From positions 57,961 to 77,960 of the forward strand of contig DASRGZ010000059.1 of NCBI GenBank assembly GCA_035650735.1: DNA of 20,000 bases, in the 5' to 3' direction. The translations under genes were made by a program, and so were the position numbers. Origin of the DNA: Chthonomonadaceae bacterium. GTDB taxonomy: Bacteria; Armatimonadota; Chthonomonadetes; Chthonomonadales; Chthonomonadaceae. Each line of letters starts with the position of its first letter. The stretch's first letter is position 1. The notes below the pieces were generated by a model. That model was not told where the DNA came from. It worked only from the letters and a program-made list of their open reading frames with translations, and did no database searches. This document shows positions 8,344 through 16,372 of this stretch, piece after piece.

Positions 8344-8717
8344 CCTAACCCCCCGGCCCCCACTGCCAGGGTCGGGCCTGCAATAATTCGGCCCTCCGCC
8401 TCGCGACACCTTGCGACCCTAGCCGCTCGTCCCTCGCTAGGGAAGGGGGGGACCCGGCTTCCCCGTTCCCCCTCTCCCGCAGCGTGGATCGCCAGGCGGA
8501 GGGGCGTCGCAAGGCAGAGTCGTGTCGCTAGGTGTCGCAAGGCGGAGCCGGAGGCCGTAACCTTGCCGACCCTTGCAGTCCATTGAGCGGCGTCCCTTGC
8601 AGTCCGTTGTAGCCCCGACGATTCTGTCAAAGATCGCCCCGCATTCCCCCAACTCCCGGCGTCCCTTGCAGTCCGTTGTAGCCCCGACCCTTGCAGTAGG
8701 GGGTTAGGGGGTGAGGG
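8344..8717. repeat. Inverted REP pair, each arm interrupted by mini-element insertions (one nested)
   Basis: Left arm CCTAACCCCCCGGCCCCC[insert from 8362]...TCCCTCGCTAGGGAAGGGGG; right arm CCCCCTCTCCCGCAGCG...[insert 8489-8697]AGGGGGTTAGGGGGTGAGGG. Confidence 0.8.
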
Positions 8718-8722
8718 CGACT

Positions 8723-8766
8723 CTACCCCCTACACCCTACCCCCTACACCCTATCCCCTACACCCT
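8723..8766. repeat. Heptamer tandem repeat (CTACCCC/CTACACC) x6
   Basis: ctacccc ctacacc ctacccc ctacacc ctatccc ctacacc ct. Confidence 0.9.
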
Positions 8767-8805
8767 GCGCGAGGGGCCGGGGGTGGGGGCTTCTCTCGGA
8801 GAGGC

Positions 8806-9003
8806 TTACGGCACATCCACGCCGCGCTCGGCCGCCATGCCTTTCGCGCCGTTGCCCGGCTTAGCCTGTACGCTGCCATGTGCCTCGCCAGGCGTGCGGG
8901 TTGGCGGTTGACGATTGATCATGTACCAGCCTAGCGCCAGAATGACGACCACCACCGCAGTGACGATGGCGATCATGGCCGGCTGAGAGACCTCTTTCCT
9001 CAT
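8806..9003 (-). CDS. Small single-pass membrane protein (65 aa), partner of the upstream prepilin-type gene
   Basis: MRKEVSQPAMIAIVTAVVVVILALGWYM hydrophobic helix then a low-complexity tail; purine-rich SD-like region; 63 bp downstream of the prepilin gene. Confidence 0.7.
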   Translation of the reverse strand: MRKEVSQPAMIAIVTAVVVVILALGWYMINRQPPTRTPGEAHGSVQAKPGNGAKGMAAERGVDVP

Positions 9004-9066
9004 CCTTTGCTTGTCCTTCCTGTGCCCAAAATCAGACGATACACGGCGGCCAGGTGATCGGCCCCT

Positions 9067-10005
9067 TTAGAAGCAGGAGTCACTGGGGCTATAGTCCGGG
9101 CGGAATAGGAAGGCATGGCAGCCGAAGTGATCCGTCCAGTAATAGTAAGAGAAGCCGTTGCCATCGTAGCCGGCGTTGGGATCGGTATGGCAGTCGGTGA
9201 GCACAGGCGGGTTCGGGGGATTATCAAACGAGTAGGAACCCGGGCTGTAGTTGGCGCCTAGCCGCCGCCACTTGGCGTGCCCATCGCTCATCACAAACTG
9301 CGCGCCCTTGCTGTGTATCCAGCTTGTGCCGTCCGTGTAGAAGGCCACGCTCAAGGCCCCGTTCTGAGAGTCGCTGCAGCCGTCATGCTCGGGGACAAAG
9401 ACGCAGGGCTGGGTCGGGTCATTGCAGATCAGGACGGGATTGCTCACCGCCGCGCCCTTCAACTGCACCTTCCCGTCTCCTTCCCAGAGGATAGGAACGT
9501 CGGCGGGGTTGCTGACCCCGGCCTCGGAATAGCCGTGCAGCAGGCCGTTATAGGTGTAGGAGACGCTGGCGGGCGGCTTTGCCGGATTCGCATAATCGGC
9601 GGTCCAACTGCCGCCGATGCGGATTTCGGCGCCGGAGGGGCAGGCGTACATGCCGTAGTTCTTGATGTAGGGATAGGTCACGTTGGCCCAACTGCCGGCA
9701 TAGGCGTTGATGCGGGTCTGCGACGAGTTGGGGCGCCAGTCCGCCGGAACGCCATGATAGTACTGCCAGAGATAGCCGAGCGAGGGATGCTTGCCAAACG
9801 CGATCGGATACACTTCGTCGTAGTCCTGCACGTACATCATGATGGCCGTGCCGTACTGCTTGGCGTTGGACAGACAGGAGGTGGCGCGCGCTTTCTCCCG
9901 GGCCTCGGCAAAGACCGGGAAGAGAATGGCGGCGAGGATCGCAATTATTGCGATGACGACGAGGAGTTCAATCAGGGTAAACCCTGACTGGAGACGACGT
10001 TTCAT
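9067..10005 (-). CDS. Prepilin-type N-terminal cleavage/methylation protein with H-X9-DG motif (DUF1559-like)
   Basis: [50 protein letters not shown] and [24 protein letters not shown] before ATG 10005. Confidence 0.93.
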   Translation of the reverse strand: MKRRLQSGFTLIELLVVIAIIAILAAILFPVFAEAREKARATSCLSNAKQYGTAIMMYVQDYDEVYPIAFGKHPSLGYLWQYYHGVPADWRPNSSQTRINAYAGSWANVTYPYIKNYGMYACPSGAEIRIGGSWTADYANPAKPPASVSYTYNGLLHGYSEAGVSNPADVPILWEGDGKVQLKGAAVSNPVLICNDPTQPCVFVPEHDGCSDSQNGALSVAFYTDGTSWIHSKGAQFVMSDGHAKWRRLGANYSPGSYSFDNPPNPPVLTDCHTDPNAGYDGNGFSYYYWTDHFGCHAFLFRPDYSPSDSCF

Positions 10006-10153
10006 ACGGTTACCCTCCATGAATAAAAAGGCGATCCGCCTATCAAAGCCGATGCCAAGGGAGCGTTCTGCGGAGGTATCCGAGACGCGCCCTGTCGGTT
10101 GCCGCGCCGCGTTTGTAGCAAGAGCCTGGGCGCGGTATACGAGCCCACATTCT

Positions 10154-10162
10154 ATTGTAACA
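10154..10162 (-). promoter_or_regulatory. Candidate extended -10 promoter for the prepilin gene
   Basis: Minus strand TG-T-TACAAT. Confidence 0.4.
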
Positions 10163-10246
10163 GAGAAATGGCGGGGGAGCGTTCCTGGGAAGCAAATTTT
10201 TTGCGTGAGAGGCAGGCAAAAGCAGCGCCCGGCTGACTTGAAAATA

Positions 10247-10285
10247 GACCTCACCCCCGTCCCCTCTCCTTCGCAAGGAGAGGGG
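10247..10285. repeat. Intact (uninterrupted) REP-like palindrome
   Basis: GACCTCACCCCCGTCCCCTCTCCTT-CGC-AAGGAGAGGGG, same family as 13478-13654. Confidence 0.85.
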
Positions 10286-10328
10286 AGAGACGTTTTCATG
10301 TTCGGTGGTGCGCCCCGCGCATGGAAGG

Positions 10329-11114
10329 CTAGAGCAGGTGCAGCATTTTGTGGGTCTGGGGGATGACGCGCACCTCGGCCAGGTGGCGAGCGGCACGCGC
10401 GTGCAACTCGATCAGGCGGGCGGGCGCTACCGGGCGAGGCTCAAAGCCGCAGGGCGTGACCGGCTGCAAGATGAGAGGGATCGCTGGGTCAACCGCGCTG
10501 AGGATAGCGACAACCCGATCCAGCTCGAAGTCGGCGGTAGCAGGCGTGACGACCAGCTTGCCATAGACCTGTATGGCCCGCGCTGCCTCCAGAAACTTGC
10601 GATGTTGGGTCCAGGTGGTTTCGGCGTCGAGGCCGGTGGCCGTCGGCGCTTTGAAGTCCATGGATACATAGTCCACCCACGGCAGGATGCGCTGCAGGTG
10701 ATCGGGCAGAAGGCCGTTGGTCTCGATGAAGACCTTGAGGCCGAGGGCGCGCACGTCCGGCAGCCAGCGCTGTAGGAACCGGGCCTGCAGCAGCGGCTCG
10801 CCGCCGGTGATGGAGACGGAGTGGTGCGGCTCGGCCAGGTAGCCGCGCACGATGGCTGTCAGGTCGGTGGCGGCAACCGGGTTGGGCACGCACCGGAACT
10901 GCCAGGTGCCGGGCTGCGTCTCCACCCGGCACTGCGGCGGCAGGCCCGACTCCTTGAGGGTTTCCGGGCTGTCGCAGTAGGTACAGCGGAGGTTGCAGCC
11001 GTAGGTGCGAACGAACACCTGCCGGTGGCCGACCAGGATGCCCTCGCCCTGGATAGAAGAGAAGACTTCCACCAGGTGCGCCGTTTCTTTGCCCTGACTC
11101 TGTGCGTCTGCCAT
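10329..11114 (-). CDS. queE: 7-carboxy-7-deazaguanine synthase (radical SAM)
   Basis: [26 protein letters not shown] (CxxxCxxC), [23 protein letters not shown]. Confidence 0.92.
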   Translation of the reverse strand: MADAQSQGKETAHLVEVFSSIQGEGILVGHRQVFVRTYGCNLRCTYCDSPETLKESGLPPQCRVETQPGTWQFRCVPNPVAATDLTAIVRGYLAEPHHSVSITGGEPLLQARFLQRWLPDVRALGLKVFIETNGLLPDHLQRILPWVDYVSMDFKAPTATGLDAETTWTQHRKFLEAARAIQVYGKLVVTPATADFELDRVVAILSAVDPAIPLILQPVTPCGFEPRPVAPARLIELHARAARHLAEVRVIPQTHKMLHLL

Positions 11115-11168
11115 TGCGAAAACCTACCAGAAATGCCGATAAACAGAGTGCTGCTGCCGCAGCGCTAT

Positions 11169-11192
11169 ATTATATCACAACGTATCACAACG
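11169..11192 (-). promoter_or_regulatory. Extended -10 promoter of queE overlapped by a 10-bp tandem direct repeat
   Basis: Minus strand TG-A-TATAAT (11177-11169); TATCACAACG x2 at 11173-11192. Confidence 0.6.
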
Positions 11193-11205
11193 CCTGAGGA
11201 ACTAT

Positions 11206-11284
11206 GGTTCTTAGGGTTCTAAAGGTTCTGAGGGTTCTGAGGTAGTTAGCCCCCTTAGCCCCCTCAGCACCTTGAGAACCCTAA
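11206..11284. repeat. Inverted array of 9-bp tandem units forming a long hairpin downstream of folP
   Basis: ggttcttag ggttctaaa ggttctgag ggttctgag, then degenerate inverse units; outer stem TTAGGGTTCT (11211-11220) / AGAACCCTAA (11275-11284). Confidence 0.75.
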
Positions 11285-12207
11285 TACACGGGCGAGGGCC
11301 AGCCGCGCACGATGGCGTCGCTCATCCGGGCGACTCGCGCCATCGCTTTGACGTCGTGGACGCGCACGATGGAGGCGCCGTTGGCGATGGAGATGGCGAC
11401 GGCGGCCGCCGTTCCTTCCAACCGCTCCTCCGGCGGAAGCCCCCCCAGCACCTTGCCGATGGTGGATTTGCGGGAGACGCCCACCAGCAGCGGATAACCG
11501 AGCGTGGTCAGCGCGCGCAGGCGGCGCAGCAGCTCCAGGTTCTGCTCCGCTGTCTTGCCAAAGCCGATGCCGGGGTCGATCACGAGCTTTTCCGGCGCGA
11601 TGCCGGCCATCTGCGCCGCCTGCGCGCGCTCCCGCAGATGCTCCCGGACCTCCGCGACGACATCCCGATACTCCGGCTTTAGCGGGATCGCCGTCGGCAG
11701 GCCCGGCAGATGCATCAGGCAGACCGGCACGCCCAACTCGGCCAGCGTCGGGGGCATGTCCGGGTCGGCGCGCAGGGCGCTGATGTCGTTGACCATCGCC
11801 GCGCCTGCCATCACCGCCTGACGCGCCACCGCCGCCTTATACGTATCCACCGAGATCGGCATGGTGGGAAGGCGCGCGGTAACGGCCTCGATAACGGGCA
11901 GGATGCGCCGCAGCTCCTCTTCCACGGGCAGCGGGGAGTGCGTAGCGAAGGTAGCCGGACGGGTGGACTCGCCGCCGATGTCAAGGATATCGGCGCCTTC
12001 CGCCGCCATCCGCTCGGCATGGGCGACGGCGGCCTCCGGATCGAAAAACTGCCCGCCATCGGAGAAAGAGTCTGGGGTGACGTTGAGGATGCCCATGATC
12101 AGCGTGCGGTGCCCGGCGCGCGCCTCCGCCAGCAGATCGCGCAGGACAGCGCCGGCAGGACGGGCGGAAATGGCCTCGGCGCTCAGTTGTAGCGGATCGG
12201 GCGACAC
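11281..12207 (-). CDS. folP: Dihydropteroate synthase
   Basis: MGILNVTPDSFSDGG, DIGGESTRP, ISVDTYK, IDPGIGFGKT, GVSRKS, IVRVHDV; exact start uncertain. Confidence 0.96.
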   Translation of the reverse strand: MSPDPLQLSAEAISARPAGAVLRDLLAEARAGHRTLIMGILNVTPDSFSDGGQFFDPEAAVAHAERMAAEGADILDIGGESTRPATFATHSPLPVEEELRRILPVIEAVTARLPTMPISVDTYKAAVARQAVMAGAAMVNDISALRADPDMPPTLAELGVPVCLMHLPGLPTAIPLKPEYRDVVAEVREHLRERAQAAQMAGIAPEKLVIDPGIGFGKTAEQNLELLRRLRALTTLGYPLLVGVSRKSTIGKVLGGLPPEERLEGTAAAVAISIANGASIVRVHDVKAMARVARMSDAIVRGWPSPVY

Positions 12208-13013
12208 GGGTGGGGGGATTCGGACAGGACGAAGCTGCTGAGCTCGATCAGCAACTGGTTGCCTGTCTCGCTGAGGTAGAAGCCGCGTTCGGCGGCGGCT
12301 TCGACGGGCTCGCGATCCAGCTTGAGACGGAAGACCGAATCTTCCATCGCCAGGGTGACGATCTGGTTCAACTGGTGAGCGTCCAGCGCCTGCAGCGCCT
12401 CGCGCGCATCCTCCGCATGCGGCCCGTTCGGGTCGAGCAGGAGGGCTTCGGTGAACTCCTGCACCGCCAGCGCAATTTCGCCCTTATGTTGGCAGAGCAG
12501 GGCCTTCTTGAAGTGGTGAGCGGCGGTGTCCGGGTCCAGGCGGATAAGCGCGTTGGTAATGCGCATGGCCGCGTCCACGTCGCCCATCTGGATATAGGCG
12601 GCGCCCAGCGTATCGTGGGCCGGGACGTGGCGGGGCGAGATTTTGAGCAGGGCGCGGCCGGCCGCAATCGCCCGCCGGCAATCGCCGGCCTCCAGCGCGA
12701 TGGTCATCATCGTTTCATAGGCGGCCAGGCGGGAGGGGTCCAGGGCGAGGGCCTGCTCAGCGGCAGCCAGCGCGGCCTCCCACTGCCGCTGGACGCGATA
12801 GAGATCCGCCAGTTGTAAATAACAGGCGCAGTCGTTAGCGCCGGCAGCAATGGCCTGGGTCAGGCTGGCGATGGCTTCCGAAAACGCGCCGCGTTCGGCC
12901 TGCCGTTCGGCTCGGCGCAGCAACCGCTGCCAGGAAGGCGAGGTCGCGCTGCGCCGGGAACGGCCGCGCTCTGAGATCGGCAGGGAGAGTGATGAAGGCT
13001 CTGGCATGGGCAT
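12183..13013 (-). CDS. TPR protein with a C-terminal NHLP-leader-like segment
   Basis: About five TPR-like units (YLQLADLY, AHDTLGAAY, HHFKKALLC); C-terminal QIVTLAMEDSVFRLKLDREPVEAAAERGFYLS; GGAG before ATG 13013; overlaps the folP start. Confidence 0.8.
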   Translation of the reverse strand: MPMPEPSSLSLPISERGRSRRSATSPSWQRLLRRAERQAERGAFSEAIASLTQAIAAGANDCACYLQLADLYRVQRQWEAALAAAEQALALDPSRLAAYETMMTIALEAGDCRRAIAAGRALLKISPRHVPAHDTLGAAYIQMGDVDAAMRITNALIRLDPDTAAHHFKKALLCQHKGEIALAVQEFTEALLLDPNGPHAEDAREALQALDAHQLNQIVTLAMEDSVFRLKLDREPVEAAAERGFYLSETGNQLLIELSSFVLSESPHPCRPIRYN

Positions 13014-13477
13014 GAAGCAGGCTCCAGGACGGCGGTGGTCGGGATCATCTGCGCTCTTCTGAATCGCAGAGAAGCTGACGGCGCTGGCCCCAGGGCAACT
13101 CGCCATGGCAAGCGCGCCGTCAGGAAACGGACGAATCAGCGGTTCTGGTAGCAGACTCTAAACTATTTCGCCGCTACGCAGCCGGGTTCCTGCTGCCATC
13201 GGCGGCATAAAATATAATTTGGCCCTTCTGCTTATCGCCGCGCCTTTTGATACGCATTGAGAAGCCAAAGGTTCCCGACGTCAGGCAAAAGGACCGATAG
13301 AAGCATAGAGCAAGGAGAATAGGGCGCTCCCGGTGAAAATTTCCAGGATTAAGGATAGCCCATGCAGGTGAAAATAGGAAACGTGCGCAATAATAAAGCT
13401 ACACGGATCTGATTCGTTGTGCCTCGGGCGCAAAAGCCGCCGCAGCCAGGGTACGAAATCGCCCTGCGACGACTAAA

Positions 13478-13654
13478 GACCTCACCCCGGCCTACTGCTA
13501 GGGTCGGCCCTGCAATGGTTCGGCCCTCCGCCTAGCGAGGCCACCCCTCTCCTTCGTAAGGAGAGGGGAGAGCGAGTGTAGTCAGGCCCCTCTCCTTACG
13601 AAGGAGAGGGGCCGGGGGTGAGGTCTGCATCCTCCTCTCCTTCACAAGGAGAGG
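13478..13654. repeat. REP cluster: interrupted copy (13478-13568, mini-element at 13494-13538), intact inverted copy (13587-13625), partial copy (13634-13654)
   Basis: CCCCTCTCCTT-N3-AAGGAGAGG(GG) hairpin three times; GACCTCACCCC arms in opposite orientations. Confidence 0.88.
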
Positions 13655-13731
13655 GAAGGCAAGAAGGAATTGACAGGTAAAACACGGAAATAATAAGCAG
13701 CAGATATGCGGACTCTTCAGGGGGAAATACT

Positions 13732-14037
13732 ATGCCGAGAGTGAAATGCCCGCACTGTGGCGCGGGAAACCAGGATGCGACAGAACAGGACACCTGCTGG
13801 CAATGCGGCAATGTGCTTGGCGCGCCGGTAGCCCGGGTGGCGCGTCCGAGTCCGATCAGCCCGGGTTCCCTGCCTGACTCCGGAGCCACACGCCAGTTGA
13901 GCAGCCTGGAGGTGCCGACCGGCATGCGGCAGAGCAGCGGCCCCTCTCAGCGCACGCTGGCTATCCTCGCGGGCCTTGTGGTGCTGCTCGTAGGCATTAT
14001 CATCGTAGTGCTGCTCGCCGTCCTGGGGCATAGATAA
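13732..14037 (+). CDS. Zinc-ribbon domain protein with C-terminal membrane anchor
   Basis: CPHC...CWQC near the N-terminus; C-terminal LAILAGLVVLLVGIIIVVLLAVL; GGGGGA SD-like. Confidence 0.8.
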   Translation: MPRVKCPHCGAGNQDATEQDTCWQCGNVLGAPVARVARPSPISPGSLPDSGATRQLSSLEVPTGMRQSSGPSQRTLAILAGLVVLLVGIIIVVLLAVLGHR

Positions 14038-14240
14038 GGAACGGGCAGGGATCGCCCGTTGGCCCATGGAGCAGAGGACGGCGCTTCGGATCGCGTCCTG
14101 GTGTCTCCGACCGATTTTTCGGTAGAGAGATGGGAACGGCGTAACGCGCTCGCCTCCGGGCTACTGCACAACCATGCCGCTGCCCTCGCTTTGGGATCGG
14201 GAGAATCGTCACAAATAACCCGGCAATCGAGTCCGGGATA

Positions 14241-14249
14241 TGGTATAAT
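14241..14249 (+). promoter_or_regulatory. Extended -10 promoter of the 57-aa gene
   Basis: Perfect TG-G-TATAAT about 60 nt upstream of ATG 14310. Confidence 0.65.
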
Positions 14250-14309
14250 AAGCGTGCTGCCTCCGCGCTTTGAGGCTGAGAAGCAGCGAAACGCAAACGG
14301 GAGAACAAA

Positions 14310-14483
14310 ATGGCCAAGAAGGATACATCCAAGACCAACGTTACCGCCCGCGCCGCGCAAAAAGCCCAGGAGGCGAATTGCCGTTTCTGTGGCAGAAAGC
14401 CTGAAGTCGTGCGCTTGCTGACGCCGCAAGGCCGCGCCAAGATGTTCCGCAAGTGCTGCGCCACCGCCGGCATTGCGGCTTAG
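14310..14483 (+). CDS. Small basic Cys-rich protein (57 aa, CxxC...CC), not in the ORF track
   Basis: MAKKDTSKTNVTARAAQKAQEANCRFCGRKPEVVRLLTPQGRAKMFRKCCATAGIAA*; SD GGGAG; own promoter and terminator. Confidence 0.75.
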   Translation: MAKKDTSKTNVTARAAQKAQEANCRFCGRKPEVVRLLTPQGRAKMFRKCCATAGIAA

Positions 14484-14534
14484 GGGCACCCGCTTTTGGC
14501 GTGGGTGCGCGATAGTAACCAACGTCCTTTTTCC

Positions 14535-14568
14535 AGCCCGACTCTTCGCCTGAGGAGCCGGGCTTTTT
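14535..14568 (+). terminator. Intrinsic terminator
   Basis: AGCCCGACTCTTC-GCCT-GAGGAGCCGGGC followed by TTTTT. Confidence 0.7.
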
Positions 14569-14638
14569 GCATGGGGGAGCAGGGATCGATTTTGTCCCCA
14601 CTTCCTGGCTCCTCATCCCCATTTTTAAGGATGGTGAC

Positions 14639-16369
14639 GTGAAACCGGACGCCCTCGGCAGTTATGCCTTTGTGCTTCACTCCCACATCCCCTACGTGCT
14701 GGCGCATGGCCGCTGGCCCCACGGCATGGACTGGCTGGCCGAAGTCGCCGCTGAGAGCTACGTGCCGATCCTGAACGTGCTTAACCGCCTGGTCGCTGAA
14801 GGAATCTCGCCCAAGATCACCATTGGCCTGACGCCCATCCTCGCCGAGCAGCTGGCCGATGAGTCGTTCAAGGCCGAGTTCGGGGACTACCTGGAGCAGA
14901 AGATACAGACCGCCATCGCCAACCAGGAGCAGTTCAAGTACGAGGGCAACATGCACATGCTCGGCCTGGCCCACTACTGGCAGGACTTCTTCACCGGCGT
15001 GCTCACCGCCTTCAAAGAGACTTACCGGTACGACATCGTGGGCGCCTTCCGCAAGCTCCAGGACGACGGGCACATCGAGATTATCACCAGCGCGGCCACG
15101 CACGGCTATTTGCCGTTGCTGCTGACCGACGAGAGCGTGCAGGCCCAGGTCAAGCAGGGCGTGCAGGCTTATATCAAGCACTTTGGCCGTCAGCCCAGCG
15201 GATTCTGGCTGCCCGAGTGCGCCTACCGCCCGCGCTATCCCTGGAATCCGCCCGTCCCCGAGTTCCGCACGCCGACCCCGACGCTGCGCAAGGGCCTGGA
15301 GGAGTTCCTGGCCGAGAACGGCGTCGAGTATTTCTTCGTGGACTCGCATCTTTTGAAGGGCGGCCAGGCCATCGGCGTCTATGCGGATCGGTTCCGGGGC
15401 TTGCAGGAGCTATGGGCGCAGTTCAGCAAGGGCTACATCCCCGAGATCGCCGAGCGCACGCCCTACGCGTCCTACCTGGTCAGTTCCGGCGGGGAGTCGC
15501 AGGCGCCGGTGGCCTTCTTCAACCGCGATCCCCGGACCGGCATCCAGGTCTGGAGCGGCGATCAGGGCTATCCCGGTGACGAGTTTTACCTGGAGTTCCA
15601 CAAAAAGCACTATCCCGGCAACCTGCGCTACTGGCGCGTCTCCTGGCCCAAGCACGATCTGGGCGCCAAACAGTTCTATGAGCCCAATCGCGCCTATGAG
15701 CGCCTGAGCGGCCACGCCGATCACTTTGTAAACCTGATTCGCGACGTGCTGGCCGAGCACCGGGCGCAGCACGGCTTCCCCGGCATCATTACCGCCATGT
15801 ACGATACGGAGCTTTACGGCCACTGGTGGTTTGAGGGGCCGGAGTGGCTGTATCATGTGCTGAAGCGCCTGCACTACCATCCGGAGATCGAGCTGACCAC
15901 CTGCCGCGACCACCTGCACGCGCACCCGCCGACGACGGTGGTGTCCCTGCCGGAAGGCTCCTGGGGCGAGGGCGGCTACCACTGGATCTGGCTCAACGAG
16001 TGGACGGCCTGGACGTGGGAAAAGGTCTATGAGGCCGAGCAGGAGATGGTGGAGTTGGCGCGCCGGTATGCCGACCTGCCGCGCGTGCGCACGATTCTTA
16101 ACCAGGCGGCGCGGGAGCTGCTGCTCCTGGAATCGTCGGACTGGCAGTTCAGCATCAGCACGTACAGCAGCCGCGACTACGCCGAACAGCGCATCAAGTA
16201 TCACTACACGAAGTTCAAGCAGTTGGCGGACCTGGTGCGGCGGGCCGGGGCCGGCGAGGAGATTCCGACAGACGACTGGAACCATCTGGGCGAAGCGGAG
16301 GACCGGGATCGGTGCTTCCCCGACATCCAGCCGCAATGGTGGGCGCGCACGGAGTTCCCGGCCCGGTAG
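14639..16369 (+). CDS. GH57 1,4-alpha-glucan branching enzyme (DUF1957-containing)
   Basis: LHSHIPYV, ESYVP, ATHGYLPLL, GFWLPECAY (nucleophile Glu), YDTELYGHWWFEGP (acid/base Asp), RELLLLESSDWQF; start trimmed to GTG 14639. Confidence 0.93.
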   Translation: MKPDALGSYAFVLHSHIPYVLAHGRWPHGMDWLAEVAAESYVPILNVLNRLVAEGISPKITIGLTPILAEQLADESFKAEFGDYLEQKIQTAIANQEQFKYEGNMHMLGLAHYWQDFFTGVLTAFKETYRYDIVGAFRKLQDDGHIEIITSAATHGYLPLLLTDESVQAQVKQGVQAYIKHFGRQPSGFWLPECAYRPRYPWNPPVPEFRTPTPTLRKGLEEFLAENGVEYFFVDSHLLKGGQAIGVYADRFRGLQELWAQFSKGYIPEIAERTPYASYLVSSGGESQAPVAFFNRDPRTGIQVWSGDQGYPGDEFYLEFHKKHYPGNLRYWRVSWPKHDLGAKQFYEPNRAYERLSGHADHFVNLIRDVLAEHRAQHGFPGIITAMYDTELYGHWWFEGPEWLYHVLKRLHYHPEIELTTCRDHLHAHPPTTVVSLPEGSWGEGGYHWIWLNEWTAWTWEKVYEAEQEMVELARRYADLPRVRTILNQAARELLLLESSDWQFSISTYSSRDYAEQRIKYHYTKFKQLADLVRRAGAGEEIPTDDWNHLGEAEDRDRCFPDIQPQWWARTEFPAR

Positions 16370-16372
16370 TTA

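Noticed and set aside
8340..8652. ORFs 8340-8630 and 8437-8652 (also 13596-13925 and 16460-16984)
   Set aside because: They are translations of repeat mosaics or antisense frames with no protein motifs.
8588..8688. CRISPR-like geometry: two identical 32-bp repeats with a 37-bp spacer
   Set aside because: Only two repeats, no cas genes or AT-rich leader in the window, and the repeat is made of mini-element end sequence embedded in a REP mosaic.
10006..10299. N-terminal extension of the 410-aa prepilin ORF
   Set aside because: It translates REP and promoter sequence; the prepilin cleavage site must lie near the N-terminus.
10329..12207. queE-folP adjacency as a 7-deazaguanine DNA-modification island or RiPP cluster
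   Set aside because: No dpdA/tgt, queC, queD or precursor/maturase genes in the window; both genes look like ordinary housekeeping copies.
13362..13412. 16-aa ORF MQVKIGNVRNNKATRI after AAGGA
   Set aside because: Too short, with no attenuator or compositional support.
13670..13696. TTGACA upstream of the zinc-ribbon gene (also TTGACA at 4880)
   Set aside because: No good -10 hexamer at 16-18 nt spacing.
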